Of a stretch of DNA of 64,000 nt, positions 51,707 to 63,557 are shown piece after piece. The translations under genes were made by a program, and so were the position numbers. The first letter of the stretch is position 1, and each line of letters starts with the position of its first letter. Source of the stretch: an uncultured Bacteroidota bacterium. Lineage in GTDB: Bacteria > Bacteroidota > Ignavibacteria > UBA10030 > UBA6906. The stretch spans positions 768,001 through 832,000 of the forward strand of contig CAVOYH010000004.1 in the NCBI GenBank assembly GCA_963700635.1, read 5' to 3'. The notes under the pieces are model-generated. The model was not told where the DNA came from, did no database searches, and worked only from the letters and a program-made list of their open reading frames with translations.

Positions 51707-54700
51707 TCAGAAACACTGGCGCAGTCTCCGAGAAGAACAGAACGCGGATTCGGTTCAGGATCTGAAGGCCCATGAATTCATGGACGGCGTGACAGATACC
51801 TTTACGCCGTCGGATCTCTCTCCGCTCTCCCGCAAACAGTTTCTGGCTCTGATGGCAGCCTCCGCAGCGTTCGCTGCCACCGGGTGCACAAACTACCGGG
51901 ACAAAGGGGAGATCGTCCCGTACAATAAGAAGCCGGAAGAGGTTACTCCGGGAAACGCAAATCAGTACGCCTCAACCTGTACCTCATGCCCCCAGGCCTG
52001 CGGCATTCTCATCAAAACGCGGGAAGGACGTCCGGTCAAACTTGACGGCAACCCGGATCATCCCGTGAACAAGGGGCGTACGTGCGCCACCGGGCAGGCT
52101 GCGGTGCTTGCGTTGTACGATCCGGCGCGTATCCGCGCGCCATATGCCGGGGCCGCTGGTTCGCAGACAGGCGAGGTGACGTGGGAGCAGATCGATGCCG
52201 AAACAGTGAAGCAGCTCGCTGCCTGCGTGCGGGACGGGAAGCAGATCGTCCTGATGACTTCACCCCTGGCCTCCCCCACGGCACAAAAGGTTCTGACAGA
52301 GTTCCGTGCGGCGTTTCCTCTGACCCGGATCGTGGTGTACGATCGGCTTCATCAGGAGACCCGGCGGAGTGCGTGGAAACAGTGTTATGGTGATGCTCCT
52401 CTCCCGGCTGTGGCATGGGAGAATGCAAGGCTTATCGTCGCCCTCGAGGCTGATATTCTCGGGACAGAGGGGTTCACGATCGAACAGACTCGAGCGTATG
52501 CGGGAGCGCGGGATATCCTCGTGTCCGATTCGTTTGTACGCCTGTATTGCGTCGAAGGGAACATGTCTCTTACCGGCACGAACGCGGATTACCGTCTGCG
52601 CCTCGCTCCGGATGCCCAGCTGGAGTTCGTGGTTGCACTCACGAAGTCCATAGCAGCGCGGCTGAAGGTCCCTGCCGGCCCGCTTCCTGTAAGTGCGGAT
52701 CTCGCAACGCTTGCCGATCGGAGAGGTCTCTCCGGGGCGACGCTGGCGCACCTGACAGACGATCTTGTCGCCCATCGCGGCAGGGGAATAGTCTATGCGG
52801 GTTCGGCGCTTGGCAGGGATGTGCAGACTGCCGTGAATTACCTGAACGACCTGCTCGGAAACACCGCGCTGTATGCCTCGGGTGAGCCCGCATCCTCAAC
52901 GCCTATTACACCTGCAACGGAAATCTCCGCCCTCGTGGCCGACATGAAATCTGGAAAAGTCGGGTTTGTGGCCCATCTGGATGTCAACCCCGTGTTTCAC
53001 CTCCCGGGGAGTCTGGGGTATGCGGAGGCGCTCAAGTTTGTTCCCCTTACCGTCGCGATGACTTCCTCGGAAACAGAAACCGGCCAGCGGTGTACCTACG
53101 TCCTCCCGATCCATACCATGCTGGAATCCTGGGGTGATCACAGTGTGAGGGCTGGCATCACTTCGCTCCAGCAGCCCGTGATCGCGCCGTTGTATGCGAC
53201 CAGGCAGAAGGAAGCGATCCTCCTCCACTGGATGTCGGGTTCAAAAACGTTCACCGAATCGCTTTATCACGAGTATCTGAAAAAGCACTGGGCCAGCGCA
53301 CTTTTTCCGGCGCTGGGTCGGGCCACGGATTTTGGTTCATTCTGGTTCTCAGCTCTGCACGACGGCGTCGTGACAGCGCCCCCGGCGCCGCGTGCGCCAC
53401 TACAATTCCGGAAGGATGCCCTGGCATCACTGCGCCTTCCCTCGTACAAAAACACCTATACTCTGCTGGTAGTGCCCGCTCCGTATGTGGGTGACGGGAC
53501 CTGGGCGAACAATGGCTGGCTACAGGAACTTCCGCACCCGGTCTCCAAGATCGTATGGGATAATTATGCAGCTGTCTCTCCTGCGACCGCGCTTGCTCTG
53601 GGAGTCGAGACCAATGATCTGCTCGACGTGACCACGGGTTCGGGGAAGGCCACACTTCCCGTGTTTGTACAACCGGGTAATGCAGAATCTCTTCTCTGCG
53701 TGTCACTGGGGTACGGGCGCCGTAATGGGGGACCGGTGGGGACTGGTGTCGGGGTGGACATTACTCCGCTCCTCCCGGAGGAATTCCTTACCGGAGAACG
53801 GTGGCTCCATCTGTCGGCGGTGGTCAAGGCCGACGGCACGTATCCGCTTGCATCCACGCAGGAACACCACTCGCTGGACGATGCATTTGTAAAAGATCTG
53901 CATGTGAAGCGGAAGATTATCCGGGAAGGTGTCCTGGAAGAATTCCGGAATGATCCTCATGTGCTGGGCATTGAACGCGAAGAATACAAGAGTATCAGTA
54001 CCCAGGTGGAGTATCCGGGCGTGAAGTGGGCGATGGCGATCGACCTGAACAAGTGCACGGGGTGTAACGCATGCGTGGCCGGCTGCAATGTGGAGAACAA
54101 TATTCCGGTGGTCGGAAAAGAACAGGTGGCAGAGGGGCGTGAGATGCAATGGATCCGGCTGGACCGGTACTACAGCGGGACGCCCGCGGAACCGATCGCG
54201 AGCCATCAACCGATGTTGTGCCAGCACTGCGACAATGCGCCCTGCGAAAACGTGTGCCCTGTGGTGGCGACGAACCACAGTCCGGACGGCCTCAATCAGA
54301 TGATCTACAACCGGTGCGTCGGAACAAAATATTGCTCGAACAACTGTCCGTACAAGGTCCGCCGCTTTAACTTCTTCAACTTCAGGGCCGAAACCGCGGA
54401 CGGGTATTACGATCAGGAACCCATTCCGCTGATGCACAATCCCGAAGTCACCGTACGCTCGCGCGGCGTGATGGAAAAATGCACCTTCTGCGTGCAGCGG
54501 ATCATGGAGGCGCGGCAGCATGCCACCGAGGCGGGAGCGGCCTTTGACGGGAAGGGAGTGAAGACAGCATGTCAGGAAGCATGTCCGGCCCAGGCTATCG
54601 AGTTCGGCAACGCACACGATCCGGGTGCGAAGATCGGCCGCTATCGGAATCACGTTCTGGGGTATGATGTGCTCGGGGAGTTGAATGTGCGGCCGAACGT

Positions 54701-54749
54701 CACATACCTTGCACGGCTACGAAACATCCATTCGGAGAAAGACGCGTGA
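51699..54749 (+). CDS. actB: alternative complex III ActB (molybdopterin-oxidoreductase-like + Fe-S domain)
   Basis: HWRSL, SRKQFL Tat variant, lipobox-like [61 protein letters not shown]. Confidence 0.93.
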   Translation: MNDQKHWRSLREEQNADSVQDLKAHEFMDGVTDTFTPSDLSPLSRKQFLALMAASAAFAATGCTNYRDKGEIVPYNKKPEEVTPGNANQYASTCTSCPQACGILIKTREGRPVKLDGNPDHPVNKGRTCATGQAAVLALYDPARIRAPYAGAAGSQTGEVTWEQIDAETVKQLAACVRDGKQIVLMTSPLASPTAQKVLTEFRAAFPLTRIVVYDRLHQETRRSAWKQCYGDAPLPAVAWENARLIVALEADILGTEGFTIEQTRAYAGARDILVSDSFVRLYCVEGNMSLTGTNADYRLRLAPDAQLEFVVALTKSIAARLKVPAGPLPVSADLATLADRRGLSGATLAHLTDDLVAHRGRGIVYAGSALGRDVQTAVNYLNDLLGNTALYASGEPASSTPITPATEISALVADMKSGKVGFVAHLDVNPVFHLPGSLGYAEALKFVPLTVAMTSSETETGQRCTYVLPIHTMLESWGDHSVRAGITSLQQPVIAPLYATRQKEAILLHWMSGSKTFTESLYHEYLKKHWASALFPALGRATDFGSFWFSALHDGVVTAPPAPRAPLQFRKDALASLRLPSYKNTYTLLVVPAPYVGDGTWANNGWLQELPHPVSKIVWDNYAAVSPATALALGVETNDLLDVTTGSGKATLPVFVQPGNAESLLCVSLGYGRRNGGPVGTGVGVDITPLLPEEFLTGERWLHLSAVVKADGTYPLASTQEHHSLDDAFVKDLHVKRKIIREGVLEEFRNDPHVLGIEREEYKSISTQVEYPGVKWAMAIDLNKCTGCNACVAGCNVENNIPVVGKEQVAEGREMQWIRLDRYYSGTPAEPIASHQPMLCQHCDNAPCENVCPVVATNHSPDGLNQMIYNRCVGTKYCSNNCPYKVRRFNFFNFRAETADGYYDQEPIPLMHNPEVTVRSRGVMEKCTFCVQRIMEARQHATEAGAAFDGKGVKTACQEACPAQAIEFGNAHDPGAKIGRYRNHVLGYDVLGELNVRPNVTYLARLRNIHSEKDA

Positions 54750-56122
54750 GCAATACTCTCGTCGATTACACCATCGAGGAGCCGGTTGTCACCGGAAGCC
54801 CGACTGCCTCAGAAATTGACGCGGTCGTCTCTGCTCCCCTTGATCAGTTCCCGACACGTACCTGGTGGATAACGTTCGCTGTGACGTCCACGATGCTGGG
54901 CATCGGCGCTGTCTGCGTCGGCGTATCACTCTGGTTCGGTCTGGGCATGTGGGGTGTGAATCAGCCGGTGTCGTGGGGCTTTGATATCGTTAACTTCGTC
55001 TTCTGGGTCGGCATCGGCCATGCAGGCACCCTGATTTCTGCGATCCTTTTCTTGCTGCGCCAGCGTTGGAGAAACGGTATTGCCCGCTTCGCCGAGGCCA
55101 TGACCATCTTTGCCGTCATGTGTGCGGGCATGTTTCCCCTGCTGCATACGGGCCGCCCCTGGCTGCCATTATACCTGATGCCGTATCCGAACCAGCACGC
55201 CTTGTGGGTCAATTTTACGTCGCCGCTTCTGTGGGATGTGTTTGCGGTCTCCACCTATTTTACGGTGTCTGCGGTGTTCTGGTATCTGGGGCTGGTGCCC
55301 GATTTTGCCACGCTGCGTGACCGGACGACACACCGGGTGAAGAAGGTGGTCTATTCCATCTTCAGTCTGGGCTGGCGGCACTCGAGCAGGCACTGGCAGC
55401 ATTTTGAACGCGCCTATCTTATCCTCGCGGGGTTTGCCACGCCTCTGGTGCTCTCTGTTCATACGATTGTAAGTTTTGACTTTGCCGTGTCGGTAATTCC
55501 GGGATGGCATACCACAATTTTTCCCCCGTACTTCGTTGCCGGGGCGGTGTTTTCAGGGTTCGCCATGGTGCAGAACTGCCTGATCGTCGTGCGGCACCTG
55601 TTCCATCTGAAGCACCTGATCCCCCTGGCAACGCTCGAGAAAATGAACAAGGTGATGATCGTTACGGGGAGCATGGTGGGATATGCGTACGGAATGGAGT
55701 TCTTTATCGCATGGTACAGCGGGAGCCAGTTCGAGACGTTTGTGTTTATCAACCGTGCTCTCGGACCGTATGCCTGGGCGTACTGGACGATGATCTCGTG
55801 TAATGTTCTGTTCCCGCAGTTGTTCTGGTTCAAGAAGGTACGCCGTTCGATACCCATGATGTTTGTGATCGCGGTGCTGGTAAACGTGGGGATGTGGTTC
55901 GAACGGTTCGTGATTATTGTGACGTCACTTTCCCGCGATTTTCTCCCCTCGAGCTGGGGGCATTATGTGCCGTCAATCTATGACATCGGGATTTTTGTCG
56001 GAAGTCTCGGGTTGTTCTTCACGTTGATATTGTTGTTTGTCCGTGTGTTGCCGGTCATCTCGCTCTCCGAAATCAAGTCAGTCATTTCGGGCGCTCAGCC
56101 GGAACAGCACACACAAAGTTGA
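54746..56122 (+). CDS. actC: alternative complex III ActC (NrfD/PsrC family)
   Basis: [39 protein letters not shown]. Confidence 0.93.
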   Translation: MSNTLVDYTIEEPVVTGSPTASEIDAVVSAPLDQFPTRTWWITFAVTSTMLGIGAVCVGVSLWFGLGMWGVNQPVSWGFDIVNFVFWVGIGHAGTLISAILFLLRQRWRNGIARFAEAMTIFAVMCAGMFPLLHTGRPWLPLYLMPYPNQHALWVNFTSPLLWDVFAVSTYFTVSAVFWYLGLVPDFATLRDRTTHRVKKVVYSIFSLGWRHSSRHWQHFERAYLILAGFATPLVLSVHTIVSFDFAVSVIPGWHTTIFPPYFVAGAVFSGFAMVQNCLIVVRHLFHLKHLIPLATLEKMNKVMIVTGSMVGYAYGMEFFIAWYSGSQFETFVFINRALGPYAWAYWTMISCNVLFPQLFWFKKVRRSIPMMFVIAVLVNVGMWFERFVIIVTSLSRDFLPSSWGHYVPSIYDIGIFVGSLGLFFTLILLFVRVLPVISLSEIKSVISGAQPEQHTQS

Positions 56123-57288
56123 GCACGGATTCATCCGGAAGACAGCGAAGTATGGAAAAGCCCTTGTACAGTCTGACCGCCCTGTTTGACTCCCCGGACG
56201 CGTTGTTGCGCGCGGCGGATGCTACGGTGAAGGCGGGGTACACGCGCTACGACACGCATGCACCCTATCCGGTGCACGGCATTGAGCGGTCGATGCGCCT
56301 GAAAACTTCGCCCCTCGGCTATTTTGCGATGGTCTTCGGTCTGCTCGGTGCCTTCGGCAGCGTGGGACTGATGACCTGGATCACTCTGGTGGATTATCCG
56401 CTTGTCATCGGGGGAAAGCCGTTCTGGTCATGGCCCGCCTTTGTGCCTGTTGCCTTTGAAGTGACGGTGCTTCTGGCTTCCGTGCTCACCGTGGTCGCCA
56501 TGATCGTGGTCTTCTTCAAATTTCCGAATAACAGTCATCCGTTGCACGATACGCCGTATATGAAGCGTGTCTCATCGGACGGTTTCGGAATCAGCATCGA
56601 GGCCGCCGATCCGCTGTTCGAGGAATCCCGCGTCCGGACCTTGCTGAGTTCTCTGGGTGGCAGGGAGATAGGACCGGTGTATTTTGACGTGGAGGACCGG
56701 AATCACGGGCAGAAGGTGTTTGACCTGAAGTTCGTCGGACTGCTCGCCGGTGTGGGAGTGGCTGTTGCGGGCGTCACGTATTTTTCGCTCAACGTCTTGC
56801 TGTATATGGAGCCGTTCTCCTGGATGATGCTTCAGGATAAGCTGAAACCGCAGGAGGCGAGTACGTTCTTCAAGGACGGTTTCGGGATGCGCCCCCCCGT
56901 CCAGGGAACGGTCGCACGGGGATTCCTCCCCTACGCATACAAGGGGCGGCCGGATGATGCGGGGAAGTATCTTGTCAATCCTCTTCCCGTGACCAAAGGG
57001 GTTCTGGATATGGGGCGTGAGAAGTACCTCACGTTCTGCAGCCCCTGTCATGGCAACTTCGGTCAGGCGGACAGCCGGCTTGCCGGTCAATTCCCCAATC
57101 CCCCGACCCTGCATACTGACAAACTCAGGAACTGGAGCGATGGCAGCCTCTATCATGTTATTACCGACGGGCAGAATGTGATGCCCTCGTACGCTGCACA
57201 GGTGAGCCGGGATGAGCGGTGGGCGATTGTGCACTATGTCCGCGTGCTGCAGCGCGCCCATCATGCAAAGGAGTCCGATCTGCAATGA
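56119..57288 (+). CDS. ActD (DUF3341)-ActE (monohaem cytochrome c) fusion
   Basis: [22 protein letters not shown] (ActD), then a [37 protein letters not shown] (ActE) in one ORF. Confidence 0.85.
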   Translation: MSTDSSGRQRSMEKPLYSLTALFDSPDALLRAADATVKAGYTRYDTHAPYPVHGIERSMRLKTSPLGYFAMVFGLLGAFGSVGLMTWITLVDYPLVIGGKPFWSWPAFVPVAFEVTVLLASVLTVVAMIVVFFKFPNNSHPLHDTPYMKRVSSDGFGISIEAADPLFEESRVRTLLSSLGGREIGPVYFDVEDRNHGQKVFDLKFVGLLAGVGVAVAGVTYFSLNVLLYMEPFSWMMLQDKLKPQEASTFFKDGFGMRPPVQGTVARGFLPYAYKGRPDDAGKYLVNPLPVTKGVLDMGREKYLTFCSPCHGNFGQADSRLAGQFPNPPTLHTDKLRNWSDGSLYHVITDGQNVMPSYAAQVSRDERWAIVHYVRVLQRAHHAKESDLQ

Positions 57289-58469
57289 GCATCGACACAC
57301 ATACCACGTCGTCCGTCAGCAAGGCGCTCTCACCGGAGGTTGACCGGATCGGCCTTATTGTTCTCGGAGTGGGAATCGTGCTGGTGATCGCGGCCTACAT
57401 CTTTGAACCGGTAAGGGCTTCGTTCGATTCGGTTATTCTGTACCTCTTTATGGTCAGCCTGGCCGTGGGCGCGCTGTTCCTGCTGGCACTGGAGTATATC
57501 ACCGGAGCAGTCTGGAGTGTGCCGATGCGGCGGGTGACGGAGTTTCTGGCCGGACTCTCTCCCTTCCTGATTCTGCTTGTTTTGCCATTGTTCCTGAATC
57601 TGCATGACATCTTTCACTGGGCGGACGCCGAATCGGTCCGCCAGGACCCGCTTCTTCAGGCAAAAACACCGTATCTGAATGTGTCATTTCTTACAATCCG
57701 GACGCTGGTGTTCCTCGGAATCTGGATCGGGTTTTCGGCGCTGTTTGTGAGGAATTCAACGCAACAGGACGTCACCCGTGATCCCGCGCTGACCCGGAGG
57801 AATGTGCTCCTTGCAGCGTTCTTCCTCCCGCTCTTCGCAATCACCATCACCTTCACTGCGATTGATTGGGGGATGAGTCTTGACCCGCACTGGTTCTCAA
57901 CGATCTATGGCGTGTACTACTTCTCGGGAACTGTCCTTGCCGCCCTTGCAGCTGTGACGCTCATCGTCGTGCTGCTTCATGAGCGGGGTTATCTCCCCGG
58001 ACTCCGGCGGGATCATTTCTACAGTCTCGGCGCGCTGATGTTCGGATTTGTGAACTTCTGGGCCTACATTGCGTTCAGCCAATTTCTTCTCATCTGGTAC
58101 GCCAATCTCCCCGAGGAGACGTACTGGTTTATGGCCCGGTGGGAGAACGGATGGCAGTTTGTATCCGTGCTCCTGATCCTGATGCATTTTGCCGTGCCCT
58201 ACTTCGTGCTTTTGCCGCAGGAAGCAAAAATGGACACCCGCCGGTTGAAGGTCATGGCGGTGTGGCTCCTTGTGGCGCGTTTTCTGGATCTGTACTGGCT
58301 TGTGATGCCCACCCACAGCCACTCGGTTTCCTTCAGCTGGGTCGAGCTGGGTTTCCCGGTCGTTGGTGTGGGGATCGTTATCTTGCTCTTCTCCTGGAAG
58401 AGTAAACGATACAATCTTGTTCCTATCGGTGACCCGAAACTGAAACGCGGCATGGATTTCCATCTGTAA
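57285..58469 (+). CDS. actF: alternative complex III ActF
   Basis: DWGMSLDPHWFSTIYG, FSQFLLIWYANLPEET. Confidence 0.9.
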   Translation: MSIDTHTTSSVSKALSPEVDRIGLIVLGVGIVLVIAAYIFEPVRASFDSVILYLFMVSLAVGALFLLALEYITGAVWSVPMRRVTEFLAGLSPFLILLVLPLFLNLHDIFHWADAESVRQDPLLQAKTPYLNVSFLTIRTLVFLGIWIGFSALFVRNSTQQDVTRDPALTRRNVLLAAFFLPLFAITITFTAIDWGMSLDPHWFSTIYGVYYFSGTVLAALAAVTLIVVLLHERGYLPGLRRDHFYSLGALMFGFVNFWAYIAFSQFLLIWYANLPEETYWFMARWENGWQFVSVLLILMHFAVPYFVLLPQEAKMDTRRLKVMAVWLLVARFLDLYWLVMPTHSHSVSFSWVELGFPVVGVGIVILLFSWKSKRYNLVPIGDPKLKRGMDFHL

Positions 58470-58487
58470 CTCAACCAAGGACGCAGG

Positions 58488-59423
58488 ATGGATCAGCAGT
58501 CACACTATAAGGCAGAGACGGACTTCAGGGATCTTCTCCGTGCGCCGCACAGACTTTTCGGTTATACGTATTTGTATTTCCTCGGCGTCCTTGTGCTCAT
58601 CGGGGTTCTGTACGTGGACAACCTTACGGCAGTAGGACACAATACAGTGATGCCGGTCGTGCTCAAAGATTCGTCCGCATTCGTCCAGGATATCCCGTAC
58701 CAATCTCCCGGGGTGTTGCCCCCGGTGGACGTACGTGCCGCTGCCATTCCAACGGAGGCGATGATCACGCGGGGCAGGGAAGTGTACCGGGCGAACTGCT
58801 CATCCTGCCATGGTGAAAACGGCCAGGGTGATGGTCCCGCCGGACTCCTCCTGAACCCGAAGCCGCGTAATTTTCACGTGGCTGAGGGATGGACGAATGG
58901 TGCGACAATATCCGGGATCTACAAGACGCTTCAGGAAGGGATCATACGTAATGGCATGGCGTCGTACGGATATCTGCCCCCGGGTGATCGTTTTGCCATG
59001 ATCCACCTTATCCGCAAATTTTATCCTGCGCCGCCAGCTGATACCGAGCAGGAGCTCCTGCAGCTGGAAACGGTCTATCAGCTTTCGAAAGGGAGTGTCA
59101 TCGCCGCACAAATCCCGGTGCGTCTGGCTGCCCGACGGATCACTGAGGAGCAATCTGCCGGGGTAGCGGAGGTGGCAAAGGAAACCCGAAGATTGGCAAA
59201 CACGGAGAATGCCGCCGGCTCTCTTTTTGCGCGCGTTGCTGCGAATCCCAAACGGGTTCTTACGGCCATGCGCTCGGCAGAAAAACACATTTCTACGCTT
59301 GATGAATTTATCCGCCTTGTCGCACCCGATCCGGCCCAACTCGGTTTCCATGCCTCCGTCAATCAGCTGAACCGGGATGACTGGGCCACACTGTATCAGT
59401 TTATCCGAAGAGGGATACTATGA
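58488..59423 (+). CDS. membrane-anchored monohaem cytochrome c
   Basis: One TM, CSSCHG, PKPRNF, GMASY. Confidence 0.85.
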   Translation: MDQQSHYKAETDFRDLLRAPHRLFGYTYLYFLGVLVLIGVLYVDNLTAVGHNTVMPVVLKDSSAFVQDIPYQSPGVLPPVDVRAAAIPTEAMITRGREVYRANCSSCHGENGQGDGPAGLLLNPKPRNFHVAEGWTNGATISGIYKTLQEGIIRNGMASYGYLPPGDRFAMIHLIRKFYPAPPADTEQELLQLETVYQLSKGSVIAAQIPVRLAARRITEEQSAGVAEVAKETRRLANTENAAGSLFARVAANPKRVLTAMRSAEKHISTLDEFIRLVAPDPAQLGFHASVNQLNRDDWATLYQFIRRGIL

Positions 59424-60211
59424 AACGTCATGGAATGCGATTCCTGCTTCCGTTGGTTTTATTGTCGACATGTGTGCTGCGGCTCCACGCGCTGACGCCG
59501 GTTGATCCCGCGCCAGAAATCGGCATCATGGAAAAATTGGGGGATACTCTCCCGCTGCAGCTGGAAGTGTACGATGAACGCGGTTATCTCGTGCCGCTCA
59601 AGGACATCGTCAAACATCCTACGGTCCTGACCTTTGTCTATTTTCGATGCCCCAGTATCTGCAGTCCGCTCCTCACAGAGGTCGCACGGATCGTGGACAA
59701 ACTCGACCTAGAGGTGGGGACAGACTACCAGATTGTCACGCTGAGTTTCGACCACCGTGAAAAACCGGAGCTCGCAGCACAGAAAAAAGAGAGTTATCTG
59801 AATTCACTAAAACAGAAGATCGATCCGGATGGATGGCGGTTCCTTACCGCCGACAGCGCCACGATCCGGCAGATCACCGATGCTGCGGGATTTTACTTCA
59901 AACAGGACGGGAACGACTTTATTCATGCCGGGGCGTTGATTGTGATTTCGCCTGAAGGCAAGGTCACCCGCTACATCAATGGTATCCAGTATCTTCCGTT
60001 TGATGTTAAAATGGCGGTCATGGAGGCCGCGGAGGGACGTACCGGTCCGACAATCGCGAAACTTCTGAAGTTCTGCTACCGGTACGATCCTGAAGGCAAG
60101 ACGTACACGATGAATATCACGCGTGTCTCGGGAATCGTCGTGGTTCTCCTTGTTGGCGTATTTGCGGGCGTGTTCATCTTCCGTCCGCGGAAAAAGAAAG
60201 CTGAAAGGTAA
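59420..60211 (+). CDS. SCO family copper chaperone
   Basis: YFRCPSIC (CxxxC) plus conserved His (FIHAG); C-terminal TM. Confidence 0.9.
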   Translation: MKRHGMRFLLPLVLLSTCVLRLHALTPVDPAPEIGIMEKLGDTLPLQLEVYDERGYLVPLKDIVKHPTVLTFVYFRCPSICSPLLTEVARIVDKLDLEVGTDYQIVTLSFDHREKPELAAQKKESYLNSLKQKIDPDGWRFLTADSATIRQITDAAGFYFKQDGNDFIHAGALIVISPEGKVTRYINGIQYLPFDVKMAVMEAAEGRTGPTIAKLLKFCYRYDPEGKTYTMNITRVSGIVVVLLVGVFAGVFIFRPRKKKAER

Positions 60212-60218
60212 GACCTTT

Positions 60219-61865
60219 ATGGAACAGGTAACTGTGTCCGGACAACCGGGCACCCGTGGATTCTACGCCGAACCGGGGAGATTTACGGGCATCCGGGGGT
60301 GGATTTTCAGTACGGACCACAAGCGGATCGGCATGTTGTATCTGGTGTCGATGGCAGTCTTCTTTCTGGTGGCGGTCACGTTCGGATTTATTATGCGTCT
60401 GGAGATGCTGACGCCGGGGGAGACCGTTATAGAGGCGCAGACGTATAACACCTTCTTTACGCTGCACGGCATCATGATGATTTTTCTTTTTATTATTCCC
60501 GGGTTGCCGGCAGTGTTCGGAAATTTCTTCCTGCCCCTTCTGATTGGAGCAAAAGATGTCTTCTTTCCACGGCTGAATCTTCTCTCGTGGTGGCTCTTCA
60601 TCACCGGCGGTCTCCTTGCCCTGGTGTCGGTGTTTCTTCCGGGCGGAGCTGCGGATACGGGCTGGACATTTTACGTCCCGTACAGCGTGCGCACCTCTAC
60701 GAATGTTTTGCCGGCGCTCGTTGCGGCCTTTATCCTGGGATTCTCGTCGATACTCACCGGCCTGAACTTTGTCACCACGATCCATCGGATGCGGGCACCC
60801 GGCATGACATGGTTCCGGATGCCGCTCTTTGTCTGGTCACTCTACTCCACCGCCTGGGTTCAGGTCCTGGCCACACCCATCATCGGAATCACGCTGGTGC
60901 TTGTGATCCTGGAACGGTGGTTCGGGGTCGGGATTTTTGATCCTGCACTGGGTGGCGATCCGGTCCTGTACCAGCACCTGTTCTGGATCTATTCCCACCC
61001 AGCAGTGTATATCATGATCCTGCCGGGACTTGGCATCGTCTCGGAGATTCTTCCGGTTTTTGCGCGGAGGACGATTTTCGGGTACAAATTTATCGCATTC
61101 TCGAGTGTGGCCATTGCGGGACTGGGATCGCTGGTCTGGGCACACCACATGTTCACGGTAGGGATGAGTGACACCGGAATGTTTGTCTTCTCCCTTCTGA
61201 CGTTTCTGGTTTCCATTCCCAGTGCGATCAAGGTCTTCAACTGGGTCGCGACGCTCTACAAGGGGTCCATTGTGCTTGAGGTCCCCCTGCTCTTTGTCCT
61301 CTCGTTTATAGTCCAGTTTTCCATCGGGGGCTTTACCGGTTTGATGCTGGGCGCCCTGGCGGTAAATATTCACGTCCAGGATACGTATTTTGTCGTGGGA
61401 CATTTTCACTATGTGATGTTCGGGGGGACCGGATTCGGTCTTTTCGCGGCCATGCACTACTGGTTCCCGAAGATGTTCGGAAGGATGTACAAGCAGGCGC
61501 CGGCCATGATTGCATGGTTGCTCACGACGATCGGGTTTAACCTGTTCTATTTTCCATTTTTCTTTCTGGGATATTTCGGGATGCCCCGGCGGTATTATGA
61601 CTACCTGCCGGAGTTCCAGACCTATCAGGTTGTTGCGACCGTCGGATCGTGGATCCTCGTGCTGGGAATTCTCGTGATGATCGTAAATCTCCTGGTATCC
61701 TTAAAGCGCGGAAAACCCGCGCCGGCGAACCCATGGGGTGGCCGCACGCTGGAGTGGACGGTTTCATCCCCACCGCCCATGGAGAATTTCCACACCATCC
61801 CGACGGTGACCACCGGTCCCTACGACTATTCGGAGTACGAACAACGATCAACGGAGCACTCGTGA
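60219..61865 (+). CDS. ctaD: cytochrome c oxidase subunit I (A2 type)
   Basis: TDHKRIG, HGIMM, YSHPAVY (YS motif), WAHHMF, HFHY, GMPRRY. Confidence 0.95.
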   Translation: MEQVTVSGQPGTRGFYAEPGRFTGIRGWIFSTDHKRIGMLYLVSMAVFFLVAVTFGFIMRLEMLTPGETVIEAQTYNTFFTLHGIMMIFLFIIPGLPAVFGNFFLPLLIGAKDVFFPRLNLLSWWLFITGGLLALVSVFLPGGAADTGWTFYVPYSVRTSTNVLPALVAAFILGFSSILTGLNFVTTIHRMRAPGMTWFRMPLFVWSLYSTAWVQVLATPIIGITLVLVILERWFGVGIFDPALGGDPVLYQHLFWIYSHPAVYIMILPGLGIVSEILPVFARRTIFGYKFIAFSSVAIAGLGSLVWAHHMFTVGMSDTGMFVFSLLTFLVSIPSAIKVFNWVATLYKGSIVLEVPLLFVLSFIVQFSIGGFTGLMLGALAVNIHVQDTYFVVGHFHYVMFGGTGFGLFAAMHYWFPKMFGRMYKQAPAMIAWLLTTIGFNLFYFPFFFLGYFGMPRRYYDYLPEFQTYQVVATVGSWILVLGILVMIVNLLVSLKRGKPAPANPWGGRTLEWTVSSPPPMENFHTIPTVTTGPYDYSEYEQRSTEHS

Positions 61866-62491
61866 GCAGCACTGTCCACGGCGCTGCCGCCGGAGCGCAC
61901 GCTCATCGTGATGATGTCGGGTCGCGCCTCGGCATGTGGCTTTTCCTCTTTACGGAGTTGATTCTCTTCGGCGGGCTTTTTCTGGTCTATGCGGTGTACC
62001 GGTTTGTTCACCCGGACGCATTCCATCTCGCTGCCTCAGAACTTGATACCTTCGTGGGGATGGCAAACACCATCATTCTCCTTACAAGCAGCCTCACCGT
62101 CGCGATGTCGATCACGGCGATACAGGATGGAAAGAAACAACTCGCGCTCGCGCTTGTGGGTTTGACTCTCGTGCTTGCCCTCGCATTTCTGGTGAACAAG
62201 TACTTTGAGTGGGACCACAAGTTTGCGGCGGGACTGTATCCGGGCGCGCCCGAGCTGCTCGCCCAACCGCAGGGTGTGATTCTCTATTTTGGATTGTATT
62301 TTGTGATGACCGGACTTCACGCACTCCACGTCGTTATCGGCATGGGCGTGCTTGTGTATGACTTTCTGGCCATTCGGAGCGGCACCATCCATGCGACTTC
62401 GTTCGTCCGGCTGGAGTCCGGGGCACTGTACTGGCACCTGGTGGATATTATCTGGATCTTTCTTTTTCCCCTGTTCTATCTGCTGCACTGA
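61862..62491 (+). CDS. ctaE: cytochrome c oxidase subunit III
   Basis: GMWLFLFTE, TGLHALHV, LYWHLVDIIW. Confidence 0.93.
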   Translation: MSSTVHGAAAGAHAHRDDVGSRLGMWLFLFTELILFGGLFLVYAVYRFVHPDAFHLAASELDTFVGMANTIILLTSSLTVAMSITAIQDGKKQLALALVGLTLVLALAFLVNKYFEWDHKFAAGLYPGAPELLAQPQGVILYFGLYFVMTGLHALHVVIGMGVLVYDFLAIRSGTIHATSFVRLESGALYWHLVDIIWIFLFPLFYLLH

Positions 62492-62500
62492 GGATCGACC

Positions 62501-62806
62501 ATGAATCAGAACACCACAACACATGACACGGTGACGCCCCACCGGATCTCGTACGGACAGTACATCCTGATCTGGTTCGGACTCCTGGGACTCACAGCAC
62601 TCACGGTATCCCTTGCCGGTATCGAGCTGGGGCGCTGGGTCATTATCACCGCAATGACCATCGCCTCGATCAAGAGTCTGCTGGTATTGAACATCTTTAT
62701 GCATCTGCGCTTTGAAGAGAGGATATTCCGGATCTTCGCGCTTGTTGCGCTCGTTACGCTGGTGGTCTTTATCGTGCTGACGTTTTTCGACTATGCCTTT
62801 CACTGA
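62501..62806 (+). CDS. cytochrome c oxidase subunit IV family
   Basis: Three TM, KSLLVLNIFMHLRFE. Confidence 0.85.
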   Translation: MNQNTTTHDTVTPHRISYGQYILIWFGLLGLTALTVSLAGIELGRWVIITAMTIASIKSLLVLNIFMHLRFEERIFRIFALVALVTLVVFIVLTFFDYAFH

Positions 62807-62833
62807 CAGCCGGTCTGTCCGGAGAATGCACTC

Positions 62834-63493
62834 ATGTTTACAGGTTCATCACCTTTTGCGGATTACGTAGATACCACGTTTCTGGTTATCACGGGAATCT
62901 CCGCCATTGTCCTGATCGGATTAATGGCGGCAATGATCTATTTTGTGATCCGGTACAGCCGGAAGAGAAATCCACACCCCACCAATATTGAAGGGAATGT
63001 CCCTCTCGAGGTGGCCTGGACGGTTATCCCGCTGGTCCTGTTCCTTGGGATGTTCTACATGGGGTGGGAGGGATACAAACAGATGTCTGACGTGCCCGAC
63101 GGAGCAATTCCGATCAAGGTCACCGCGCGCATGTGGTCCTGGACATTTGAGTATCCGAACGGCCTGCAGACCGACACGCTCGTTGTGCCCGTGAAAGAGC
63201 CGATCAAGCTCACGCTCATATCGCAGGATGTCAATCACTCCATGTACATCCCTGCATTCCGGATAAAAAAGGACGCGATTCCGAACCGGGAAAACACGAT
63301 GTGGTTCAGCACGCCGGAAGTGCAGAGTTATGATATTGCATGTGCGGAGTACTGCGGGTTGCGCCATGCATACATGTACACGAGGCTGATTGCCCTTGAG
63401 CATTCAGCATTCGAACTGTGGTACCGGGAACGATCGGGCAAGGAGGCGAAGCCCTACACGCCGCTCACGGCTGGCCTGCCCGAGTCCCGATGA
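62834..63493 (+). CDS. ctaC: cytochrome c oxidase subunit II (no fused cytochrome c)
   Basis: LEVAWTVIP, WSWTFEY, DVNHS, CAEYCGLRHAYM CuA motif. Confidence 0.95.
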   Translation: MFTGSSPFADYVDTTFLVITGISAIVLIGLMAAMIYFVIRYSRKRNPHPTNIEGNVPLEVAWTVIPLVLFLGMFYMGWEGYKQMSDVPDGAIPIKVTARMWSWTFEYPNGLQTDTLVVPVKEPIKLTLISQDVNHSMYIPAFRIKKDAIPNRENTMWFSTPEVQSYDIACAEYCGLRHAYMYTRLIALEHSAFELWYRERSGKEAKPYTPLTAGLPESR

Positions 63494-63557
63494 GGAAGTA
63501 CCAGGTCCCGCGTAGTGTGGCACAATTTCTCAGTCCTGAAACGAGGATCCGACAGGT

